A stretch of 42,003 bases of DNA from Candidatus Peribacteria bacterium RIFCSPHIGHO2_02_FULL_51_15. GTDB lineage: Bacteria; Patescibacteriota; Gracilibacteria; Peribacterales; Peribacteraceae. Shown here one piece after another: positions 1 through 7,945 of the stretch. The notes beneath the pieces were generated by a model that was not told the DNA's origin, ran no database searches, and saw only the letters and a program-made list of their open reading frames with translations. Positions within the stretch are counted from its first letter, which is position 1. Each line of letters opens with the position of its first letter. The stretch lies in assembly GCA_001788965.1 (NCBI GenBank), contig MFXU01000014.1, positions 1 through 42,003 of the forward strand, given 5' to 3'. The translations under genes and the position numbers were made by a program.

Positions 1-56
1 AAAAAATAATTTACATGTTCCAGGCCGGGCGTTCCCGCCCGGCACAAGCCCAGGCG

Positions 57-166
57 TTCGCGCCTGGGCTTGAATGGATAACACCCTGGCCGATAAATTC
101 GCGCCTGGGCTTGAATGGATAAAACCCTGGCCGATAAATTCGCGTCTGGGCTTGAAATCGAACAAG
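57..166. repeat. 41-bp tandem repeat, about 2.6 copies
   Basis: Unit TTCGCGCCTGGGCTTGAATGGATAACACCCTGGCCGATAAA at 57-97 recurs at 98-138 with 1 mismatch; a partial third copy starts at 139. Two GC-rich hairpins precede it (24-43 and 46-71). Confidence 0.8.
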
Positions 167-185
167 CCATGTTCCGGGCACCTAT

Positions 186-509
186 TCACATATCCTCCAC
201 CGCATAAACATCGAAAGCCATTTCCTCGTAAGGATGAACGGCTTTTGCCTTTTCGATCACCTGCTTCAGGATTTTTCGTGGGACGATTGTCTCGATTTTT
301 TCTTCTTCCACCGATGCAATTTTTCCTCTTTTTCCAATCGTCGGGTTTGATTTTTCATTGCCGCGGAAGCGGCCGATGCCGCGCGATGAAAATGAACAAA
401 AGTCATAATTGCCGAGCTTCCCCGCGCCGGCTTCCCCTAGCGCTTTGCGAATGTTATCCGCATGGGTCAGAGGAACATAAATCACCAATTTCACGTTTTG
501 CGTTTCCAT
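186..509 (-). CDS. Small conserved protein, COG3323-like (PII-like fold, related to the NIF3/YqfO insert domain)
   Basis: 107-aa ORF. The pattern KLVIYVP..H...IR.AL.EAGAG.LGNYD.CSF...G.G.F and the C-terminal HPYEE.A.DVY match my recollection of this family. No database search was possible. Confidence 0.55.
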   Translation of the reverse strand: METQNVKLVIYVPLTHADNIRKALGEAGAGKLGNYDFCSFSSRGIGRFRGNEKSNPTIGKRGKIASVEEEKIETIVPRKILKQVIEKAKAVHPYEEMAFDVYAVEDM

Positions 510-538
510 AAAACAGAAGGAGGATAACAGGATTCATT

Positions 539-3244
539 TCACTGTACCTTGCCGTGGCATTTTTTGTATTTCTTTCCCGAGCCACAAGGACAGGGATCGT
601 TGCGCCCCACTTTCGTTCTGTGAGCTTCGGCGGGCAAGCGGTCAGCTGGCGCTTTTTCTTTGAGAACGCTGTCCGGTGCTACTGAATTTTTAAGGTTTAT
701 GCCCATTTGCGTGAGCTGACCTTCGATCTCGGCGGCATTGGTCTGAAGCGAGCCCGGGTCCTCATCGGCCGGCATTGGCGGCGGGGCCAGGAACTGGGCG
801 AAGTCGACCTGAAGCAAAGTCCGGACGGTGGTGGTCGCGATATCCGAGAGAAGTTTCTGGAACATGCGGAATCCCTGGTCCTGGTACTCGATCAGAGGAT
901 CGCGCTGGGCATAGCCGGAGAAGGCCACTTGCTCGCGGAGGTGCGACATTGCGTCGATATGGTCCATCCAATGCGAATCGATGGACTGCAAAACTATTAT
1001 CTGTTCGGCCTTCGAGACAGCCTCTTCGCCGAAGTGGCGGCATTTTTTTTGGTAAAACGACAGCGCCATCTCAGTTACCAGTTCTTTTACTTCTTCCGGT
1101 TCGGCCATGGAATTCAAGTCTTCGGTGGAGATCCCCTGAGCCAGCTGCGGATGTAGCGTTCCCAGGTTTTCGCGGAGTTTGTCGATCTGCCACAACTCAT
1201 GGTCGTTTCCGGAAACGCATTCATCGACGAAATTTCCAGCTTCCCGCCTGAGCATGGATATGACTTCATCCCGGATAGAATGATTCTCCCCGTTTTTACC
1301 ATCATCATTTTCATCTTTTTCCCCGGCGATTTTAATCAGGAGTTTTTGCCGCCGCTTGTACATTATTTCCCGATGCTTGTTCATCACGTCGTCGTACTGG
1401 ACGACGTGTCGGCGGATGTCGAAGTTGCGGCCTTCGACTTTCTTTTGCGCGCTCTCAATCGACCGCGACACCATGCGGTTTTCGAGCGGAACATCCTCTG
1501 GGACTTTCAGCCGCTGCATCATGGACTTCAGCCGGTCGCCGCCGAAAAGGCGCATCAGCTCGTCCTCCATCGAAACGAAAAACCGGCTTTCGCCCGGATC
1601 GCCCTGGCGGCCGGAGCGGCCACGGAGCTGGTTGTCGATCCGGCGGGCTTCGTGTCGTTCGGTGCCGAGTATGCAAAGGCCGCCGAGGTCTTTTACTTGA
1701 GCGCCCAGCTTGATGTCGGTGCCGCGGCCGGCCATGTTGGTGGCTATGGTTATAGCGCCGCGTGCCCCGGCTTTGGCCACTATCTCGGCTTCCTTCTCGT
1801 GGTGCTTGGCGTTCAGCACGGTGTGCGGGATCGTCATCTCGGTAAGAAGCAGGCTCATGGCCTCCGATTTCTCGATCGAGGTGGTTCCGATCAAAACCGG
1901 CTGGCCTTTTTCATATTTTTCTTTGGCGATTTTGGCGACGGCCTTGAATTTGGCGGCGACAGTCGCGTAAACCGCGTCGGGATTGTCCAGACGGATCATC
2001 GGTTTATTCGTGGGGATGACGATTACCGGCAGTTTGTAAATCGAGAGAAATTCTTCCTCTTCGGTTTTGGCCGTGCCGGTCATGCCGGCCAGTTTTTTAA
2101 ACAGCCGGAAATAATTTTGGAAGGTGATCGTTGCGAGAGTTTTGCTTTCGCGCTGGACCGGGACGTTTTCCTTCGCCTCTATGGCCTGATGCAGGCCGTA
2201 ACTGTATCTGCGGCCGGGCATCAGTCGTCCGGTGAACTCGTCGACGATTATCACTTCGCCCTCTTTCACCACGTAATCGACGTCGCGCTGGTACATGGCA
2301 TGCGCCCGGAGCGCTTGTTCGATGTGGTGTACTTCCTCGAACCCTTTGTCGGTGTAGATGTTTTCAATGCCGAGGAGCTCTTCCATTTTTTTGATGCCCT
2401 CCTCGGTCAGCGTCGCAGCTTTTTGTTTTTCGTCTTTTACGAAATGCGTGTGTTCCTGAAGCTGGTTCACATGTTTCGCGTAGAGCTGGTATTTCAAAGT
2501 GGATTCCTCGGCCGGCTGGCTGATGATGAGAGGCGTGCGGGCTTCGTCGATCAAAATCGAATCGACTTCGTCGACTATGGCGTAATCAAGTCCCCGCTGA
2601 ACCTGGCGATCCACGATACCGGACATGTTGTCGCGGAGATAATCAAAACCGAATTCGTTATTTGTTCCGTAGGTCACGTCGGCGCTGTAGGCCAGTTTCC
2701 TTTCCTGATGGTCCAGCCCGTGGACTATGGTTCCGACCGTCAATCCGAGCGTTTTATAAAGGATGCCCATCCATTCGCTGTCACGTTTGGCGAGATAGTC
2801 GTTTACCGTCACTACGTGGACTCCCTTGCCGGCCAGAGCGTTCAGGTAAACCGGCATCGTGCAGACCAGTGTTTTTCCTTCACCGGTTTTCATTTCGGAA
2901 ATCGCGCCGCGGTGCAGGACTATTCCGCCCAAAATCTGGACGTCGAAGGGGACCATATCCCATTTGATTTTTTGGGCGCCTGCTTCAAATTCTTGGCCGT
3001 AGATCAGTTCGCAGCCGCGCACCACGAGCGCGAAGGCTTCGGGCAGCAGGTCATCCACCGTTTCGCCCGAGCGGATCCGTTCCCTGAATTCCGCGGTTTT
3101 TTTCGGCAGATCTTCCAGTGTTAATTTTTTGAAGACGTCTGTCGCCCGGACGGCATTTACCTGTTCGACTTTCGGCCAGAGTTTCTTGAGCTCTTTTTCG
3201 TTGGGATCGCCGAGGATTTTGTTAAGCACTTCAATTATTCCCAT
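539..3244 (-). CDS. secA: Preprotein translocase ATPase SecA
   Basis: 901-aa ORF with MKTGEGKT Walker [30 protein letters not shown] and the C-terminal zinc motif [14 protein letters not shown]. Confidence 0.97.
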   Translation of the reverse strand: MGIIEVLNKILGDPNEKELKKLWPKVEQVNAVRATDVFKKLTLEDLPKKTAEFRERIRSGETVDDLLPEAFALVVRGCELIYGQEFEAGAQKIKWDMVPFDVQILGGIVLHRGAISEMKTGEGKTLVCTMPVYLNALAGKGVHVVTVNDYLAKRDSEWMGILYKTLGLTVGTIVHGLDHQERKLAYSADVTYGTNNEFGFDYLRDNMSGIVDRQVQRGLDYAIVDEVDSILIDEARTPLIISQPAEESTLKYQLYAKHVNQLQEHTHFVKDEKQKAATLTEEGIKKMEELLGIENIYTDKGFEEVHHIEQALRAHAMYQRDVDYVVKEGEVIIVDEFTGRLMPGRRYSYGLHQAIEAKENVPVQRESKTLATITFQNYFRLFKKLAGMTGTAKTEEEEFLSIYKLPVIVIPTNKPMIRLDNPDAVYATVAAKFKAVAKIAKEKYEKGQPVLIGTTSIEKSEAMSLLLTEMTIPHTVLNAKHHEKEAEIVAKAGARGAITIATNMAGRGTDIKLGAQVKDLGGLCILGTERHEARRIDNQLRGRSGRQGDPGESRFFVSMEDELMRLFGGDRLKSMMQRLKVPEDVPLENRMVSRSIESAQKKVEGRNFDIRRHVVQYDDVMNKHREIMYKRRQKLLIKIAGEKDENDDGKNGENHSIRDEVISMLRREAGNFVDECVSGNDHELWQIDKLRENLGTLHPQLAQGISTEDLNSMAEPEEVKELVTEMALSFYQKKCRHFGEEAVSKAEQIIVLQSIDSHWMDHIDAMSHLREQVAFSGYAQRDPLIEYQDQGFRMFQKLLSDIATTTVRTLLQVDFAQFLAPPPMPADEDPGSLQTNAAEIEGQLTQMGINLKNSVAPDSVLKEKAPADRLPAEAHRTKVGRNDPCPCGSGKKYKKCHGKVQ

Positions 3245-3520
3245 GGGCTGCCACGATACCAGAGGAATGAGAACCTTACATCAGCTTCAAGCGGAGAGCT
3301 GCAAGTTTTAAGCTCAAATCAAGAGGGCCGATGCCGATTGTTGCGTCCGGATTATTGTGCTACGTACTGCTTCGTCAAGTTTCCGTTCTTGCTCCTCTGG
3401 ACTGAGAGCTTCTGATGAGGAGACAATTTTTGGAATAATCGGGGTTTCAGTAGATTCCATGCTGGTAAGGGGGAAGCGGAAGAATAGTAAGCTTTTGTTT
3501 TAAAATTATCTACCTTCAAA

Positions 3521-4174
3521 TCATCCGCCTCTGCCGTACCAGGGAGCAAGCGTTTTTTTCTGCCAGATACAATTTTTCAAGAGCGAAGGGAGAATATCGA
3601 CGACAGGAAGGAGGGGTTTCAGGGGCTTGAATGTTTTCAATATTTTTTTGTGTTCTTCGATCAACTCTCCGAGATAGCAATTCGCAATCAGCTTTTGGCT
3701 TTTGGCGACAATTTCATCAATCGAAATCAATGTGGGATCCGGCCATTCTTTTGAAAGTTCTCCAAATCCGCGGATGAAGAGGAGGTTTTTTTTGGTGGAA
3801 TGAAGCCATAAATAGCTATTAGCTATTAGCTTTTGGCTATTAGCCAATTGCCAATTACCAATTGCCGCTTCGGTTCTATAAAACCACAGATCACTCGAGT
3901 GGACCCCGGCGATTGGAATTTTCAAAGCCCAGCTCAGTGCGTTGGCCAGACTTATCCCGACTCTGAGGCTCATGAATCCTCCGGGGCCGGTGACGGCTAA
4001 AATATGCGTAAGGTCATCAAATCTCATTTTCTGCTTTTCCAAAAGGACTTTTAAAATCTCCACCAAGCGTTCTTCCGTATGGTCGTCCACTGCTGTTTGC
4101 GCTACGGTGCGTTCTTCACTTACGAGCGCGAATTTTTTTTCGGAGCCGGCCAGGTCGATAAATAAAACTTTCAT
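3521..4174 (-). CDS. tsaB: tRNA t6A biosynthesis protein TsaB (YeaZ family)
   Basis: 217-aa ORF. The N-terminal MKVLFIDLA... and VTGPGGFMSLRVGISLANAL are typical of YeaZ/TsaB. It carries two in-frame heptamer-word tracts (3677-3713, 3812-3866). Confidence 0.8.
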   Translation of the reverse strand: MKVLFIDLAGSEKKFALVSEERTVAQTAVDDHTEERLVEILKVLLEKQKMRFDDLTHILAVTGPGGFMSLRVGISLANALSWALKIPIAGVHSSDLWFYRTEAAIGNWQLANSQKLIANSYLWLHSTKKNLLFIRGFGELSKEWPDPTLISIDEIVAKSQKLIANCYLGELIEEHKKILKTFKPLKPLLPVVDILPSLLKNCIWQKKTLAPWYGRGG

Positions 4175-4175
4175 G

Positions 4176-4266
4176 AATTGCTAAATGGCTAAATTGTTAA
4201 ATTGTTAGCAAGCAATAACATGCCGACTCACTTGTGAACAATTCAACAATTTAACAATATAACAAT
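4176..4266. repeat. Octamer-word palindromic element (arms AATTGYTA x4 / inverted arm)
   Basis: Left arm 4176-4209 is aattgcta aatggcta aattgtta aattgtta. Right arm 4236-4266 is gaacaattcaacaatttaacaatataacaat. It fills the divergent tsaB/GT2 intergenic region. Confidence 0.8.
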
Positions 4267-4280
4267 CTATCGCAATTCCA

Positions 4281-5228
4281 ATGCCGAATCCAAAGCTTTC
4301 AGTAGTGATTCCCACCTATAAACGCGCGGAAACTCTCAAGCAGTGCCTGGAGCATCTTTCAAAACAAACCGTCGCCAAAGAGATGGAGGTGATTGTCGTG
4401 AGCGATGGACATGATGAAAAGACGGCGGTACTTCTGGATAAGTATCGAGTATCAGGTATCGAGTATCAGGTATCGGGGGAAAGTGAATGGCCTTTTCAGA
4501 TAAGATTTTTTGAAATAGAAAAAACTCAGCAGGGGAAGGCCAGGAACGAAGGAGTGAAAATCGCCGAAGGAGACATTGTTTTATTCATCGGCGATGATAT
4601 TTTTCTGGCGCCCGATGCCTGTGAGCGGCATTTGAAAGCCCACGAGAAAAGCTATGAGCTACTTGCTATGAGCGATGAGAAAAAAGAAAGGCTCAAAGCT
4701 CAAAGCTCAAAGCTCAAAGCTGTACTGGGGTACACCACCTGGGACCCTGCCGTCGGCATCACGCCGGTGATGAAGTGGCTGGAGACCTCCGGATGGCAGT
4801 TTGGTTACCTCATGATCGAGCCTTATAAAAATTCATTCGTCCCTGCCGGTTTGCAGCACAAATTCACATATACGAGCAATATCAGTCTGCCACTCGAGAT
4901 CGCTAAAAACTTCCCGTTTCGCACGGATGTTCACCTCTATGGCTGGGAGGACATCGAGTGGGGATTGCGTTTAAAAGACGCCAGTGTACGGCTGTTTTAT
5001 GAACCGGAAGCCAAAGCGTTGCACCATCACCGGATGACGCTTGAAGATTCGCTTAAGCGGATGGAAACCTTGGGTCAGTCGGTTAAAGAAATCGAAAAAA
5101 TTGTTCCCGGATTTGACCGTAGACCTCGGGGCATCAAATTATTTCTTTATAGGATTGCAGCGCTGATGCCGACGATGGCGGGGAGGCATAGAAAGGGATT
5201 TTTGAAGGGACTTGACAGTAAAATATAA
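4281..5228 (+). CDS. Family 2 (GT-A) glycosyltransferase
   Basis: 315-aa ORF with LSVVIPTYKRAETLKQCLEHL...VIVVSDG and IGDDIF motifs. Heptamer-word tracts lie in frame at 4442-4476 and 4650-4721. Confidence 0.85.
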   Translation: MPNPKLSVVIPTYKRAETLKQCLEHLSKQTVAKEMEVIVVSDGHDEKTAVLLDKYRVSGIEYQVSGESEWPFQIRFFEIEKTQQGKARNEGVKIAEGDIVLFIGDDIFLAPDACERHLKAHEKSYELLAMSDEKKERLKAQSSKLKAVLGYTTWDPAVGITPVMKWLETSGWQFGYLMIEPYKNSFVPAGLQHKFTYTSNISLPLEIAKNFPFRTDVHLYGWEDIEWGLRLKDASVRLFYEPEAKALHHHRMTLEDSLKRMETLGQSVKEIEKIVPGFDRRPRGIKLFLYRIAALMPTMAGRHRKGFLKGLDSKI

Positions 5229-5344
5229 TAGTGAGAAAATTCTTTTCCTTTCTCAATATTTCATTTACAATCCCCAATTTTTTTTATGTTAACAAAAGAG
5301 CATTTGGAAGATAGGGTTTTATCTCGTGCACAAGATGTGTGTAA

Positions 5345-5479
5345 TACCACTTCGCGTTTAAAACGTTCTTAATCAGACGCGCTGGCGGTATGGAGTTCTT
5401 GGCTTGAGTAAACGCTACGCGGTACGAGATGATGCCGTTACGAATGACCGATTAGTTATGTTTTAAATGCAAAATGGTA
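5345..5479. mobile_element. 135-bp MITE, copy 1 (identical to 33176-33310), flanked by TAA/TAA
   Basis: Identical by eye to the second copy. Imperfect 20-bp TIRs (TACCACTTCGCGTTTAAAAC / RC TACCATTTTGCATTTAAAAC). 3-bp direct repeats TAA at 5342-5344 and 5480-5482. Confidence 0.75.
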
Positions 5480-5615
5480 TAAGCTGGTCGATTACGGGAA
5501 CTTTGATAAAGCGGCAGAGTGCCGGTCTAGACTTAGCAATGAGGATAAGGTCATTTTTTTAAAAATCGCTCCAAATCCTTCTCCCCAGCAAGAAGCAGCC
5601 GAAGCTGGAGTTCAA

Positions 5616-5816
5616 ATGCATCCAGATGGTGCCGAATTTGTAAAAGCCAGAAGGTCGGCTTATAAATTGCTTCGTACTGCTACGGCTGAAGAACTCGTAG
5701 AGGCATTTCGGGCTCTGGGAACTCTGCAAGAAGCCTTGAGCTTGATTGAAGCAGGTCGAAAAGAGACTGGAAAAAGAACCGAGGCGGTGATTCCGGGCGT
5801 CGGAGAAACGGCTTAA
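5616..5816 (+). CDS. Hypothetical small protein (66 aa)
   Basis: ORF with a helical-looking sequence (AEELVEAFRALGTLQEALSLIEAG). No recognisable family. The overlapping antisense ORF 5559-5915 looks less protein-like. Confidence 0.3.
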   Translation: MHPDGAEFVKARRSAYKLLRTATAEELVEAFRALGTLQEALSLIEAGRKETGKRTEAVIPGVGETA

Positions 5817-5892
5817 AAGCTGATTTTTGTCGCCTTTTTCTTGTCTCAGACAGCATTCAAGGGTACGCTCAAGATACTTTCCAATGTTCACT

Positions 5893-6135
5893 ATGCCAAA
5901 AGATATTTCCATCAAAGAGCTGAGAGAGAATCTTTCGGAGATTGCCGATCGCGTTGAAAAAGGGGAATCATATCGCGTTATACGCCGTTCAAAGCCGTCG
6001 TTCTACATTCTGAAGATCGATGCGGAAGCTCCAGAGGAGGGCTGGGAAACCGTGGTGGATTTCACCGACGGCGGAAAAAAAACAGGCATGCCGGTGGAGG
6101 ATGTTATGAAAATTGTTAACAAAATACGGCGATAG
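5893..6135 (+). CDS. Phd/YefM-type antitoxin
   Basis: MPKDISIKELRENLSEIADRVEKGESYRVIRRSKPSFYIL matches the Phd/YefM N-terminal pattern. Its stop lies 2 nt before the RelE-like ORF. Alternative in-frame ATGs at 5884 and 5827. Confidence 0.75.
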   Translation: MPKDISIKELRENLSEIADRVEKGESYRVIRRSKPSFYILKIDAEAPEEGWETVVDFTDGGKKTGMPVEDVMKIVNKIRR

Positions 6136-6137
6136 AC

Positions 6138-6380
6138 ATGGGGAAAATCGAAAAGCAGCTTCGCAAAATTCCGGAGAAGTACCGCGAGCGCGTCTTTTCG
6201 GCGATCGGACAACTCATGGCGCGGGATTTCTCCGCGCTCGACCGGAAGCAGCTTAAAAGATTCGAGAATATTTTCCGCATACGTATCGGAAATTACCGCA
6301 TTATTTACCACGACGATGGGGACAAAATCATTTTAAAGGCGATCCGCAGAAGAAATGAGGCCACTTACAATGATTTCTGA
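6138..6380 (+). CDS. relE: RelE/ParE-family toxin
   Basis: 80-aa ORF with ...FRIRIGNYRIIYHDDGDKIILKAIRRRNEAY, the typical RelE/StbE core, tightly coupled to the upstream antitoxin. Confidence 0.8.
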   Translation: MGKIEKQLRKIPEKYRERVFSAIGQLMARDFSALDRKQLKRFENIFRIRIGNYRIIYHDDGDKIILKAIRRRNEATYNDF

Positions 6381-6607
6381 ATAAATTGAAGTATGCCGCG
6401 ATCCTTCACCCATTCCAAACGACGGTACGATCGTGCACCTTATAAATTCATTCAATCAATAAGCAAATTTCCTTGTTTAAAGATTCGGACGCGGTAACAT
6501 ATGTTCAGTTGAGATTGTATTTCGCACTATCCTGAGTATCGGGATGGTGATTTCCACGTAAAGCCGGCTTCGCCGGCCACGTGGCACAGCCCTTTCCCCA
6601 TCTATAT

Positions 6608-7843
6608 ATGCGTGCCTCATTCATTGCCGCAATAAATCAGCTCTGTTCCGAACGGAATGTTAAGCCAGACGACGTGCTGGAAGCCGTACGCCAGGCCATC
6701 GCCACCGCGTACCGCAAAGACTTCGGAAACAAGGAACAGGAAATCAGGGTCGTGCTTCGCGAGGATCAGGACATGCCCACGGTGCTTCTGATCAAGGAGG
6801 TCGTGGATGACGTGCTTAACGAAAACTTCGAGATCAGCGTGAAAGATGCGAAGCGGGTGAAGCCCGATGCCGAGATCGGCGATGAGATCGAGATCGATGT
6901 CACTCCGGTCGGTTATGGCCGCATCGCGGCTCAGGCGGCCAAGCAGGTGATAATACAGAAACTGCAGGAATCGGAGAAGAAGAGCCTCTTCGAGATGTTC
7001 AAAGACCGGGAAAATGAATTGCTGACGGCCAACGTGACCAAGGTGGAACCGAACTGGGTTACTTTGGAAGTCGAAGGCATGACGGTATCGCTGCCGTGGA
7101 AAGAGCAGATACCGGGCGAACACTATTACACCGGCAAGCGCTTGCGAGTTTACTTGGATAAAGTCGAGCTCACCGGCAAAGGTCCGCAGCTCAGGATCTC
7201 CCGGACGCATTCCAATCTGGTAAAGAAACTGCTGGAACTCGAGATCCCCGAAATCCGGAACGGCGACGTCCAGATCATGGCTATTGCCCGGGATGCAGGG
7301 ATGCGTTCCAAGGTCGCGGTGAAGAGCAATGATCCGCGGATCGACCCCATCGGCGCCTGCGTCGGACAAAAAGGCGTGCGCATCCAGGCGGTAATGGAGG
7401 AGATAAACGGCGAAAGAGTCGACATGATCGAGTGGTCGGACGATCCGATCAAATTGATTTCGACGGCTCTGCAACCGGCTTCGATCTCGGCGGTGATAAT
7501 CGTAAACGCGGAATCCCATGCCGACGAGGACGGCCGGCTGGTCAAGAAACGCGCGGCGGTTTTCGTCGAGGAAGCCCAGCGGCCGATGGCCATCGGAAAG
7601 AAAGGCCAGAACATCCGGCTTGCCACCCAGCTGACCGGGTTCGAGCTGGATATGTACAACTATGAGGAATTGCCGGCGTTCAAGGCGAAGCTGGCCGAGC
7701 TTCGGGGCGAAGAAGTGGCGGTGGCGGTTTTGAATGCGCCGGCAGAGGAAGAAGGGCAAGAGGGCAAAAAGGCAAAAGGGGAAGAGGAAGAGCAGCCCAC
7801 TATCGAAGAAGCGTCAGGTGAAGAGAAGAAGGAGGCAGCTTGA
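6608..7843 (+). CDS. nusA: Transcription termination/antitermination factor NusA
   Basis: N-terminal domain, S1 domain and two KH domains (GACVGQKGVRIQAV, GKKGQNIRLATQLTG), plus an acidic C-terminal tail. ATG 6608 is preferred over the in-frame GTG 6581. Confidence 0.93.
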   Translation: MRASFIAAINQLCSERNVKPDDVLEAVRQAIATAYRKDFGNKEQEIRVVLREDQDMPTVLLIKEVVDDVLNENFEISVKDAKRVKPDAEIGDEIEIDVTPVGYGRIAAQAAKQVIIQKLQESEKKSLFEMFKDRENELLTANVTKVEPNWVTLEVEGMTVSLPWKEQIPGEHYYTGKRLRVYLDKVELTGKGPQLRISRTHSNLVKKLLELEIPEIRNGDVQIMAIARDAGMRSKVAVKSNDPRIDPIGACVGQKGVRIQAVMEEINGERVDMIEWSDDPIKLISTALQPASISAVIIVNAESHADEDGRLVKKRAAVFVEEAQRPMAIGKKGQNIRLATQLTGFELDMYNYEELPAFKAKLAELRGEEVAVAVLNAPAEEEGQEGKKAKGEEEEQPTIEEASGEEKKEAA

Positions 7844-7857
7844 AAATTTAAATTTGC

Positions 7858-7886
7858 GTAGAGACGCCCCATTGGGGCGTCTCTAC
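7858..7886. repeat. Conserved 13-bp-stem hairpin GTAGAGACGCCCC-loop-GGGGCGTCTCTAC, copy 1 of 2
   Basis: Perfect 13-bp stem, 15 nt after the nusA stop. A second hairpin (GCGGGTC TACT GACCCGC + GGCTGTTTT) follows at about 7895-7920. The same stem recurs at 40784-40813. Confidence 0.8.
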
Positions 7887-7945
7887 AAACGTTTTGCGGG
7901 TCTACTGACCCGCGGCTGTTTTCATTTCAAGCTACAATCACCCCG

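Noticed and set aside
1199-3124. 641-aa ORF antisense to secA. Similar long antisense ORFs lie opposite nusA (6617-7759), the giant protein (36076-37227), the ABC exporter (39000-40103) and the membrane protein (31843-32682).
   Set aside because: For secA and nusA I checked the frame: the antisense ORF is codon-aligned with the sense frame (frame -1), so it only reflects avoidance of TTA/CTA/TCA codons in the real genes. The others I assume are the same. The translations are low-complexity (R/G/F/H-rich) with no recognisable domains.
3314-3460. 48-aa minus-strand ORF MESTETPIIPKIVSSSEALSPEEQERKLDEAVRSTIIRTQQSASALLI between tsaB and secA.
   Set aside because: It is protein-like but below any threshold I can support without homology or expression data, so it is not listed as a feature.
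5345-5479. The 135-bp repeat as a known ribozyme or riboswitch (looked for the hammerhead CUGANGA/GAAA core, HDV-like and tRNA-like features).
   Set aside because: I recognised no core motif. The terminal inverted repeats plus 3-bp duplications fit a MITE better. An RNA role is left open in the findings.
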